From NCBI GenBank assembly GCA_965223855.1, contig CBDCXM010000009.1:1024001-1088000 (forward strand): a stretch of 64,000 nt of DNA, given 5' to 3'. This DNA is from Candidatus Multivoradales bacterium. Its GTDB lineage: Bacteria; Acidobacteriota; Thermoanaerobaculia; Multivoradales; JAHEKO01. Positions 50,584-59,613 of the stretch are shown here, piece after piece (positions within the stretch are counted from its first letter, which is position 1; each line of letters starts with the position of its first letter). The notes below the pieces were generated by a model. That model searched no databases and was not told the DNA's origin. It worked only from the letters and a program-made list of their open reading frames with translations. A program made the translations under genes and the position numbers.

Positions 50584-50776
50584 GGATGGCGCCGTTGGGC
50601 CTCTTTGCCCGGTTCTTCGGAATCCTGTGGGGCCTCCGTTCCGGGCCTCTGCTCCGGCTAGCGCCGACCTCCGCCCCGCGATCTCTCATGGACCGTCGAT
50701 CGTCAGCGGGCTACACTGCCTCTGAAGCCAGGCTCTTCAAGAGAACCGCCACAGACCGAGAAGGTGAGGTGCTCGA

Positions 50777-51493
50777 GTGAAATCGACTCCGGAAAGATAT
50801 CGCTTTGTGGGTCTCACCGTCGGACTCGCCGTCCTCGGGCTTCTCTCCTCGGGTGCCTCCGGCACTCCTGCCCGGGCGGAGGCGGTTGCCAAGGAGCGCC
50901 CGCCCGAGGAGACCAAGGCCGGACGCGCCAGGCCGGACAGGCAGCCAGTGGGGGTCCATTCTCTTGGCCAGAACGGTGGGGAGCTGGGAACCGGCACCGT
51001 GCAGTACGACCCTCCAGGTCCAGCGGACATCCTCCTGGCCGCCAACCTCAACTGGTTCGTTGGCAACCGGTTCGACACTCGCAATGGCAATCCGCTGAGT
51101 TCGGGCGTCGTGACGCAGATCGCCGCCTACTGGGGCCCGGCACCCACGGCGACCTACCCGGTCTGGGGCATCAAGAACGTCGCAAACACGCAGATCCTGC
51201 ACTTGACCTACGTGCCCGGGCAGGTGCCGCTTCAGTTCAACACGCTCAACGTCTCCTGGGCTGTGCCGTCGGTCTTCCTGGGTGGGCTCAGGATCGGCAA
51301 CGGAGGGTTTCCGTCGTCGGCCTACAGTGTCGGCGTGCGCTACTCGAGCTACAACAGCCAGGGCTTCCACGGGCTGGTGTTTGCGCAGAGCACCTCCGCG
51401 ACCTCTCAGATCGCCAGCGGCAACGCCATGTTCCGGGTCTCTGGAGATCTGGTCATTCCGGTCGAGTTGGTGGAGTTCGAGCTGGAACGCTGA
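50777..51493 (+). CDS. Secreted protein with C-terminal IPVELVEFELE motif
   Basis: Signal peptide; beta-rich body; terminal PVELxxF motif. Confidence 0.75.
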   Translation: MKSTPERYRFVGLTVGLAVLGLLSSGASGTPARAEAVAKERPPEETKAGRARPDRQPVGVHSLGQNGGELGTGTVQYDPPGPADILLAANLNWFVGNRFDTRNGNPLSSGVVTQIAAYWGPAPTATYPVWGIKNVANTQILHLTYVPGQVPLQFNTLNVSWAVPSVFLGGLRIGNGGFPSSAYSVGVRYSSYNSQGFHGLVFAQSTSATSQIASGNAMFRVSGDLVIPVELVEFELER

Positions 51494-51547
51494 CCGCGGT
51501 TCACGTCGGCCCCTGCAGCCGAGAGGCCGGCGTCAGGGAGTGCAGTC

Positions 51548-51751
51548 AGGTGTCACAGGAGTACCGCAGCTTCTCGGCCGTCACCTCGGCCTGCCGCTGA
51601 AGGGTCTCCTCCCGCACCCTGGCACTGAGGTCCTAGGCTGGGCGGGCCGCGCCGACGAACCACATGGAGACTCAAAACCCGAAGACCAGAAGCATCGGCA
51701 GCGCAATTAGTTTGCTCATCGCCCCGCGGAACAGGTGTCACAGGAACACTG
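51548..51751 (+). repeat. Two left-type end motifs (51548-51566 and 51733-51751)
   Basis: AGGTGTCACAGGAGTACCG and AGGTGTCACAGGAACACTG. Confidence 0.8.
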
Positions 51752-51767
51752 CAGGAGGGCGGGTGCG

Positions 51768-52139
51768 CTACGGAGCGGTCAGAACGGCGTCGGAGTAGGC
51801 CACCTCACACTCGGACCAGGTGTCGCACACGCCTGAGACCTCGACGCACAGGTCGAGGCAGGGCTTCTGGCGGAGATCGCAGCTCAGGCAGGTTTCCAGT
51901 GCATCCTCGCACTGATTGCTGAGTTCATCGCAGAACGCTCTGAAGGCCTGGAGGCTCCTGCGGTGCGGGCTCGATAGCTCCTCCGGAACCGGTGGCCGCT
52001 CGAAGTCTTCGTAGCCGTCCAGCTTCGCCTGGAGCTTCGCAGCCTCCCTCGGGAGGTCTGTGTCCTCAGCCTGTTGACAGCTCACACTGACAAGCGAGGC
52101 TCCAGCGAATGTCGCCAACACCAGGACTCGGGTTCGCAT
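51768..52139 (-). CDS. Small Cys-rich lipoprotein
   Basis: LVSVSC lipobox; 8 further Cys residues. Confidence 0.65.
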   Translation of the reverse strand: MRTRVLVLATFAGASLVSVSCQQAEDTDLPREAAKLQAKLDGYEDFERPPVPEELSSPHRRSLQAFRAFCDELSNQCEDALETCLSCDLRQKPCLDLCVEVSGVCDTWSECEVAYSDAVLTAP

Positions 52140-52279
52140 CTGGATCCTTCCTTCGATCTGGGCCACGCGCCGCCAGAGATGGCGGCGCCGGTAGATCTGC
52201 TGGCGCTCAGTCGGGGCGGTTTGTTACGCAAAGGGGCTGGAGTCGGACGCCCGCAGGGACAAGAGCTCGGTTACACGGG

Positions 52280-53461
52280 CTACCGATACCAGATCGCTTG
52301 ATGCCGCTCGGAGCCTCTGACATCGGTATACGCTTGATACCAGACAAGCACAAAGCCGGCTCTGGCCAGCTCTGCACTCCTTCGACCGAAGGTGCGTGAG
52401 TCGAGCCCATGATGAGACCAGAAGACACGTTCATCATTCGAGGCGAATTCCGCACGGAACACACTCCTGCCAGATCGAACTCCTCCTTCGCATCTGGTAG
52501 GTACCCAGCCCGAATCAACGGCTTCTTCGAAGACGGCCTGGTACGCCTGGGAGGAGAGCCAGGGAGTGACCCATGCTTGGCTAGTTTCCTGGGCATCGTA
52601 ATTTGGGAATGCTGCCGTGGAGCTGCCGACGCTGTCTCCCTCCTGCCCTGGATACTGTTCGTTGTCGAGATCGAGCTCAGCGTGACTGGGAGGAACGATC
52701 GAGGTGATTACCAGGGAGATATCCGTTGCGAGAACCCAGCCCTTTGGGCCCCCGGAGACGCGCACCTCGAACCAGCCTTTGTCGAGACGAACGATCTCCA
52801 GCGAGGCCCCCTGCCTAAGGGCTCTAACCGAAGGGTAGCTGGTCGCTGGTCCCCGAAAGAGGTGGGTGCCCTGATTACGGACACTCCCGCGCACATGACC
52901 GATCGGGGTGGAGGCCCTTCCGGACGAGTCGATTTCCCAGATCCTAGACTGAGAAACTCGGCCTATTCCGCGGCTTCGTCCGAAGCCAACATCCTCGAAG
53001 AGCGTTCCGTTTCGGCCAAGGGCGCCAACCCGACGCCCGCGATGGAAGATGACACCCGTCGAGTCGATGCGGACCGAGGCCCTGATGGTGCCGCGTTGCG
53101 TGATCTTGTCGAGTGTCGCGCTCAAGCGAGTAGCCCTTGGCTGCAGACTACTGCCAGGCTGTTGCGCCCTCATCCGTGGTGGCGCGATGCCGCGCCCTCG
53201 GAGGCTGCCCCCTCCTCGAAGACCTCCGGAGCCCCCTGCTGATGAACCGCCGCGAACTGCGCTGCCGGCGCCACCGCCCCTGGGCACTGCTCCAACTACT
53301 CCGCCTCGCGCAATGCCGGCTGCGCCTCCGCGCGCGAGAGCAGAAGCTGCTGCACCCGCAGCCGCACCTCCGCCTCTCGAATGAAGCCCCTCGGCCGAAG
53401 CGATCGAGAGAATCGGCAGTAGCGTAAGCGCTGAGAGTCGATCTCGATTCAAGAAGGGCAT
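52280..53461 (-). CDS. Secreted protein: Gly-rich region, bacterial SH3 domain and C-terminal tandem-repeat domain
   Basis: FRGPATSYPSV...GWFEV...GWV (SH3b); LSSQAYQAVF...SHHGLD...QAIW repeats. Confidence 0.65.
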   Translation of the reverse strand: MPFLNRDRLSALTLLPILSIASAEGLHSRGGGAAAGAAASALARGGAAGIARGGVVGAVPRGGGAGSAVRGGSSAGGSGGLRGGGSLRGRGIAPPRMRAQQPGSSLQPRATRLSATLDKITQRGTIRASVRIDSTGVIFHRGRRVGALGRNGTLFEDVGFGRSRGIGRVSQSRIWEIDSSGRASTPIGHVRGSVRNQGTHLFRGPATSYPSVRALRQGASLEIVRLDKGWFEVRVSGGPKGWVLATDISLVITSIVPPSHAELDLDNEQYPGQEGDSVGSSTAAFPNYDAQETSQAWVTPWLSSQAYQAVFEEAVDSGWVPTRCEGGVRSGRSVFRAEFASNDERVFWSHHGLDSRTFGRRSAELARAGFVLVWYQAYTDVRGSERHQAIWYR

Positions 53462-53547
53462 AATCTGGGCAACGTCCGCTTCGAGACTACTATTCCAATG
53501 CAGTGGCAGCGGAGCCTTGAGCGAAGGCTGCGTCTCCCCAAAGGAGC

Positions 53548-54761
53548 AGGTGTCATAGGAATACTGCAAGGATGAGCATCGGATCTCCGTCTGAAGAGAC
53601 GAGATGGGTTACAGACTTCGCCACCTCGCCGGCCCCCGCCTCGTCGAGGTCACCGCTCGCGCTGTCCAGCGCCGCTTCCTGCTGCGGCCGTCCCCGAAGG
53701 TCAACGCCATCATCCTCGGCGCCCTAGCCCGAGCACAACGCAAGTACGGCATGAAGGTCTGCTACTGCGTCTACCTTTCGAACCACGGCCACCTGCTCCT
53801 GTGGCCCGACGACTCGAAGCAGCTCGCCGACTTCATGCGCTACGCCCACTCGAAGATCGCCAAGGAGCTCGGCCGGATCCACGACTGGCGCGGCGGAATC
53901 TTCGAGCGCCGCTACACCGCCATCGAGCTGAGCGAGGAAGAGACTCAGCCGGAGAAGCGGCTGCGGTACCTGCTGGCCCAAGGGTGCAAGGAGAGGCTCG
54001 TCGCATCCCCCAGGCACTGGCCGGGAGCCACGAGTCTGAGAGCACTGACCGACGGCCAAGAGCTCAGAGGCATCTGGATCGATCGCACGGCGCAGTACCG
54101 GGCCCGTGAGAACGGGCACCGAGCTCCTGAGCGGAACTTCACCGAGGAAGAGCGACTGGAGATCACCCCGCTGCCGACCTGGGGCGACCTGAGCGAATCA
54201 CAACGACAGGCGAAGGTCCGCTCGATCGTTCGGGAGATCGAAGCGGAGACCGAAGGCCACAAGGTGCTCGGTCGCAAGGCCATCCTCGAGCAGGATCCTC
54301 ATGGGCGGCCCTCCAGCCATCCTGAGCGCACTCCGGCGCCGAGGTTTCATGCGATCGCTCGGGGTGTGCGCAGAGCCCTGGAAGAGGCCTACCAGTGGTT
54401 CGTCATTGAGTACCGGCGCGCGGCCGAGGCGCTCCAAGCGGGCAAGCCCGCGGACTTCCCTCCAGGCTGCTTCCTGCCCGCTGGGCGCTACATCCCGCTG
54501 AGAATCTAGGCAGGTCGCGTCCCTCGAGTCGGACCGGACCGGTTGCCGCCGAGCGCGACGGCCGGTCGCGGCGTGGAGGGGCGTCGCACAACTGCAGCCG
54601 AGAGATTGCTCCGCGGCGATAGCCAGCTCGAGAACGTCCTCGACGCGGCGTTCTCGAGGCCTCCGAGTCGAAGGACATGCGCGATCGCAGCGGATGCGGT
54701 GCGAGCCGCAGCGCGCGTGTGGGCTCTTCAGTATTCCCTTCAGTATTCCTGTGAGGCCTCT
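53548..54761 (+). mobile_element. Complete ~1.2-kb unit: left motif, RAYT-like transposase copy 3 (CDS 53604-54509), 3' region, right motif
   Basis: AGGTGTCATAGGAATACTG at 53548; SNHGH HUH motif; right motif at 54724-54761; the two ends are inverted repeats of core TCACAGGAATACTG. Confidence 0.85.
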
Positions 54762-55012
54762 AGTCGGCTAGTCGGCTCTTCAGTATTCCCTTCAGTATTC
54801 CTGTGAGGCCTCTAGTCCGGGGGCCTCTAGTCCGGGGAGTGGGATCGGCGAGACGGCCTCTAGTCCGGGGGCCTCTAGTCCGGGGAGTGGGATCGGCGAG
54901 ACCAACGTGCGAGCCTCGACGCAAGCATGCGCTCTCCAGTATTCCTGTGAGGCCTCTACCTGGCGGAGCGGCGGCGCGAGTGTGCGCTCTTCAGTATTCC
55001 TGTGAGGCCTCT
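54722..55012 (+). repeat. Cluster of four right-type motifs with nested tandem duplications
   Basis: 44-bp unit at 54722 and 54774; 48-bp unit at 54807 and 54855; further motifs at 54932 and 54987. Confidence 0.9.
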
Positions 55013-55053
55013 ATTTGATTTGCGGCGTCTATTTCCGGCGCCTCCCTCGACCT

Positions 55054-55473
55054 CTATCTCGGGTGCAGTTGGTCGAGAGAGTGGACAATAGCCCTCACTG
55101 AGTCGATTCCGAGTTGAGTCAATCGTCCGCTCTCTTGCCAGCAGGCAAAGTCGTCGTGCAGTTCCTCCAAGCCCTCCCAGAAGTGGGATGGAAGCCCGCG
55201 CGCCGACTCAACGAAGAGGTCCTCTTCACTGCCGGCTTCACATAGCAGCTGCCCGACGGGCAGATCGCCGTACTTCTCTTGAATGCCCTCGGGGTCCACC
55301 AGCCAGCGACCAACGAAGCAGACTCTACCCTCGGCCGAATGATAGGTCGGCTGAGGGTCATCGCCGTCGTAGTCGATGGCCCGAAAGTTGCGCTCCTCCT
55401 GAGAGAAGAGGAGCGTTTGGATTAGGATCCTCAGGCCGGTAGCGGAAACCGTGCTTGCGGTGTTTGGCTGCAA
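55054..55473 (-). CDS. Hypothetical protein
   Basis: 139-aa ORF with an AGGAGG RBS. Confidence 0.6.
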   Translation of the reverse strand: MQPNTASTVSATGLRILIQTLLFSQEERNFRAIDYDGDDPQPTYHSAEGRVCFVGRWLVDPEGIQEKYGDLPVGQLLCEAGSEEDLFVESARGLPSHFWEGLEELHDDFACWQESGRLTQLGIDSVRAIVHSLDQLHPR

Positions 55474-55698
55474 CTCAAACCTCCTAGCTGTTGGGAAGCG
55501 GTGGGCCTCTCGCTAAGCCGGCGTCGGGCTGGCAGCTCTTTAAGATTAGTAGGCCCTATGATGCGTGTCAATGGGCTGGTACGAGAGAGGTGGCACACGT
55601 CGTTGGCCTGGGAACGGTCGAGATCATTCGACGCGACCGGGAGAAAGGGCTCGCGAATAGGTTCCGGGAGAGCCAGCCCTCCTTTGTCTCAAAACCGC

Positions 55699-58413
55699 TC
55701 AACTCCCTCGAAGCCGCCTAGCCTTCATCTTTGCGAAACCCAGGTCCTCCTCCCAACTTGGTGGGAGTTCGATCTCAAGCTCCTCCTGGTAGAACGCTTG
55801 GATTGGTTCGGCAAGTCGCAGCCAGTCCTTCGCGACTCTCTTGATGTGGCGAGGTCGTGCACGACTACGACCAATGTCCTCAAGAAACGATGGGAGGCAG
55901 TTGAAGTAGCACCACGAGATCGGCATCAGACTGTTGCGGATTCCGTCCTCTTCTGCCAGATGAAGCGTTCCTCGTTCAACTCGAGGGCGTGTTCGTTCTC
56001 TTTCCCTGTCTAGAGCCTGTTCGAAGACCTGCCGCACCCTGTCTATGCGTCCCAAGGCAGTCGTTCTTCGGTGCCACGCTTCTGTGATTTCAAGGCTCCT
56101 TCGAAACTCGCCAATACCGAGGAGACACCACTGTACGTAGGCCGGGAAGTAGGTCAGGGTGAATATGAAGCGCGTGCCGGCAGCCGAGGGACTGACCTTG
56201 TTGGCTCCTCCTGACCACCATCTCTCAACTCCATCGCGATCGTCGCGAACGCCAGAGTAGATTAGACGTTGATCGAAGCGGACGAGTTCCATCAGAGCGG
56301 CTATCACCTGAGAGTGGTCAGTGAAGCCTCGCTCCCGAAGCTCCCGCTTTAGCGTGCCGGTGTAGACCTGAGTCTTGGCCTCAGCCAAGATTGCTAGCAC
56401 GACAAGTGGGATCTCGAGAAGCGTCTCGCCGCTAACAGTGAAGAGGTTGGTGGCCGACGTCGAGTGCGGTCCGATAGCCTCGTCTGGTGCGATAAGAACG
56501 CTAGCGCCGAGCCAGTTGCTAGGCAGCGCCTCTTGAGTCCTGAGCCTTCGCTTCGTGGTTGAGAGAAGGGGCTTTAGGACTTTCTCAATGCCTGGACGCC
56601 GTTGTCGAATCCGCTCGGAGCTTTCCGTCTGAGATCTTCGTGAGCCGCGCAGGTCGCTCTCCATCAAGCGGTCAAGGAGAGGTCCGAACAGCCATTGGCG
56701 CCAGCTATCAGCGTCGGGTTTGAAGCTGGCTTTCGCCCGCTCGAAGGCTCGACGGACCTCGGTTGGAGTCAACTTGCGCTTCCCGAAGTGCTGAGCGAGT
56801 CCATCTACGAGGATTGACAGGCACGTCGCGCGTACCTTCTGAAACTTTTGCGACAAGAGCCCAGAGCCCTGATTCGTGCCACAGACGGCATGCAGCCGGT
56901 GCCGAAAATCCTCAGCCTGTGCGTAGGTTTCGGAATCACCGAACGTGCCGGCCTTGGCTAGGGAGTCCAAGAAACTCTCAAGCAGGCGCTCAGCCAAGGC
57001 CACTCGCGACTCTCCTGGAGTTCTGTTGACGCGTTCGGTCTCGAAAGACCAGCGCGCCGCCGCTTCGAAGCGCTGAATCACCACTGCAGCTAAGAGCACC
57101 GTCTTGATCTGCCTTTGGTAGTCCCTTCTTGGAGGAGGGCACTGCTGGATGCGCGGACTGAGTAGCCACCGGCGCGCGTACAACAAGGCGTTCCGGATAT
57201 TGGTGCCGGATCGGGCCGAGAGGATGCGTTCGAGCGGAGAAGGCACCGCTAGAGAGCGCCACAGGTACCAAGCTCGAGCAAGCAGCTGCTTCCGATCCGC
57301 TGGGTCGAGGCGCTTCAGCAGGTCGGGTCTATCCGGCAGCCACAAGTGCTTGGTGAGCTGAAGAAAGACGATGTCGGTCGGGTTTGGAGCGGGATAAGGC
57401 TCGATGCTGGAGTACTGGCCGAATGAGTGCGCAATGTTCTCTGCCGTCGAGAGGCGTACAAAGATCGTGAGCGAGAAGGGTGGGTTCACAACGCGATCGT
57501 TCATGTAGCAACCGGGAGCCGTAGAGGTTGCGAGTGATCGGACCAAAGTGCGCTGAAGAAACTCCGGAAAGTTGTCAACGTTGTCGAGGACTAGGGAGGT
57601 GGGCATGCTGTCAGCGTCCGACAGGCGGAACGCGAGCTCCTGCATTACCAAGATCCGTAGCTGTAAATGGTCGTGAGGCGCTAGCCCCTTGTGGAGGTGA
57701 TTGGCTCGGGCTTTTGCCACAGGAAGTAGCTCTTGGGAGAGCTCGGACCAGTCGAGATCGGCTGGGATCTGTTTTGTCCCGATGATGCGACCGAGCTTGT
57801 CTTGGAACTGGTCCACGATGCCATTCTTAAAGTGTGCGGGGGTGGGACTCCTATTCTTCTTCTGCGGGAAGAGGCCCAAGAAGCTGTCAACAAGAAGGGC
57901 GCTGCCGAAACGACTCTTGAGTCGCGCATCGAGAACATGGGCAACCGCAATCAAGAAGGCCTGACGAATCTTCTCCTTCTCTTTCCGGGTGTCACAAAGA
58001 TCCCAGTACTTGGTCGGGTCGAGTGTCTGGAGGTCGATTATCAATAGGTTGTTTCGAGGAATCCGCTTCTCGCGGCTGAGCGCTCGGAACAGACCTGCGA
58101 GAAACGAAACCACACTACTCTTGCCGGACCCAGTTCCGCTCGAGACAACGCGCAGTGGCTTCTCAGAGAAGAGAAGGGACAGTGCGAGATCTTCACAAGG
58201 AGGTAGGGCAGTGTCGCCAGGAAACCAGGGAAGGTCCGAGTGACGCTCTTCGAAGACAAGTACATCATCGACCTGTTCGGTCTCAGAATTCCGAGCCCTC
58301 CTCAAGTCCAAGAGGGCGCTTCGTAGGTAGCGGCCGGGTGAGTCTGTTGGTCTGTCGAGGAGCCAATGATCCAGGACATCCCCGACCTTCTTGGCGCTGC
58401 GATAGAGGGCCAC
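55699..58413 (-). CDS. Large P-loop NTPase (904 aa)
   Basis: Walker A SGTGSGKS, Walker B LVLDNVD, RSGTNIRNAL; lower GC than the host genes. Confidence 0.7.
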   Translation of the reverse strand: MALYRSAKKVGDVLDHWLLDRPTDSPGRYLRSALLDLRRARNSETEQVDDVLVFEERHSDLPWFPGDTALPPCEDLALSLLFSEKPLRVVSSGTGSGKSSVVSFLAGLFRALSREKRIPRNNLLIIDLQTLDPTKYWDLCDTRKEKEKIRQAFLIAVAHVLDARLKSRFGSALLVDSFLGLFPQKKNRSPTPAHFKNGIVDQFQDKLGRIIGTKQIPADLDWSELSQELLPVAKARANHLHKGLAPHDHLQLRILVMQELAFRLSDADSMPTSLVLDNVDNFPEFLQRTLVRSLATSTAPGCYMNDRVVNPPFSLTIFVRLSTAENIAHSFGQYSSIEPYPAPNPTDIVFLQLTKHLWLPDRPDLLKRLDPADRKQLLARAWYLWRSLAVPSPLERILSARSGTNIRNALLYARRWLLSPRIQQCPPPRRDYQRQIKTVLLAAVVIQRFEAAARWSFETERVNRTPGESRVALAERLLESFLDSLAKAGTFGDSETYAQAEDFRHRLHAVCGTNQGSGLLSQKFQKVRATCLSILVDGLAQHFGKRKLTPTEVRRAFERAKASFKPDADSWRQWLFGPLLDRLMESDLRGSRRSQTESSERIRQRRPGIEKVLKPLLSTTKRRLRTQEALPSNWLGASVLIAPDEAIGPHSTSATNLFTVSGETLLEIPLVVLAILAEAKTQVYTGTLKRELRERGFTDHSQVIAALMELVRFDQRLIYSGVRDDRDGVERWWSGGANKVSPSAAGTRFIFTLTYFPAYVQWCLLGIGEFRRSLEITEAWHRRTTALGRIDRVRQVFEQALDRERERTRPRVERGTLHLAEEDGIRNSLMPISWCYFNCLPSFLEDIGRSRARPRHIKRVAKDWLRLAEPIQAFYQEELEIELPPSWEEDLGFAKMKARRLRGS

Positions 58414-58416
58414 GGC

Positions 58417-58725
58417 TTACTCTGAGCTACAGAGATCGTTCGCGGCGATTGTGTTGTCCTGATGGCAGGTACATGGGCAATCGACGGTGAAACTCCCATT
58501 GGCGCTGGGTGCGAACGCGGAGAGAATGCCTGAGATACCTTGGACTAGGCCAACGCCGATGAGAGCCAGTGTCAACCAGAAGATGACACGCTGGTGGCGC
58601 TCAAGCTGCTCGGCATGTGAGAACGTGAGCTCTATCTGAGCGCGAGCGGGATCTTCAAGCTGGATATCTGAAGTTGCAGCTTCGCGCAAATCCTGGAGTT
58701 CTTGAAGCCTTGATTTCCTAGGCAC
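58417..58725 (-). CDS. Small single-TM protein upstream of the NTPase
   Basis: One TM segment and CPCTC; 3-nt gap to the NTPase. Confidence 0.55.
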   Translation of the reverse strand: MPRKSRLQELQDLREAATSDIQLEDPARAQIELTFSHAEQLERHQRVIFWLTLALIGVGLVQGISGILSAFAPSANGSFTVDCPCTCHQDNTIAANDLCSSE

Positions 58726-59024
58726 CAGCCTACGTCCTCCTAAAAGGGCTTAAGTCGTCTAAGTTTCTGGGGGGGTGAGAAGCGCAGATAGTCGCAGACC
58801 GGCCGTTTGCGGTCAAGTAGCAAGTAGGTCGTCCTCGGCTGGCTGGCGGAGAATCGCGATCTCAGGCGGTAGCTCGGCACAGGGTTCTGTCCAGAGTTGT
58901 AGGGTCTGCAGCTGCTCGGCGGCGTCAGTCGAGCAGCGTGACGATCGAGTGATCGCGCTATCGAATAGTTGGGAAGCCTCGCCACCACGGTTCTCAAGAC
59001 AGGACCTGCTAGCCAACCTGCGAT

Positions 59025-59180
59025 AGCCAGGTCTTCCGTACGCTCAACGTGGTCGACGACACTTTCTGGGAGCGCCCGACGATCTAGGTCGACACCCTGC
59101 TGTCCGGCTGCTCGCGTGCTCGATCGGATCGCCGAGAAGCGAATCGGCCAACCAGATTGCATCGTGTTCGAAAACGCCGC
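59025..59180 (+). pseudogene. Degraded IS3-family transposase (integrase core) fragment
   Basis: FRTLNVVDD..WERPTI*VDTLLSG / RVLDRIAEKR.GQPDCIVFEN, with a stop and a frameshift. Confidence 0.7.
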
Positions 59181-59613
59181 GAACGCACGAGCATTCCCTC
59201 GAGCAATGGGCCCGCGAGGGTGCTGTGACGCTAGCTTCGATCCGGCTAGGCAAAGCCGATCGAGACTGCCTCGTCTCGATCTCAACGATCGCTTCTGCGA
59301 CGAATGCCTAGACCTCCACTGGTCTCTCGTCTTCTGCGACGCTAAGAAGCGGATCGAGGCGTGGCCGCCCGCCTTGGGTGCCAGCGGCCTCACCGCTCAC
59401 TAGAGAGTCTCGCTCAAGAGAGCACGTCCCGGCTGCTGGGCTCCAGCCGGCTTTGCCGGCCCGGCCCCGGCTCCACCTCACAGGGCGAGCTGAGGCGAAG
59501 CGGTTGCAGCAGGAACTCTCAACAAGTGGGCGGTGTCAACCTATCGATTCGGTCCAGGCCGTGGAACGCCATTCGGCCGAGTCACTGGAGCGGTCATTTG
59601 GGCGGGAGACCAA

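Noticed and set aside
52240-52301. RHS core remnant (ELGYTGYRY on the + strand)
   Set aside because: Only about 9 residues, partly antisense to the end of another gene; could be chance
54722-55012. CRISPR array
   Set aside because: Spacing is irregular, the spacers are themselves duplications or element sub-terminal sequence, the same repeat flanks the transposases, and there are no cas genes in the window
39169-55012. Classical integron
   Set aside because: No tyrosine recombinase is present, and the motifs lack the RYYYAAC...GTTRRRY attC structure
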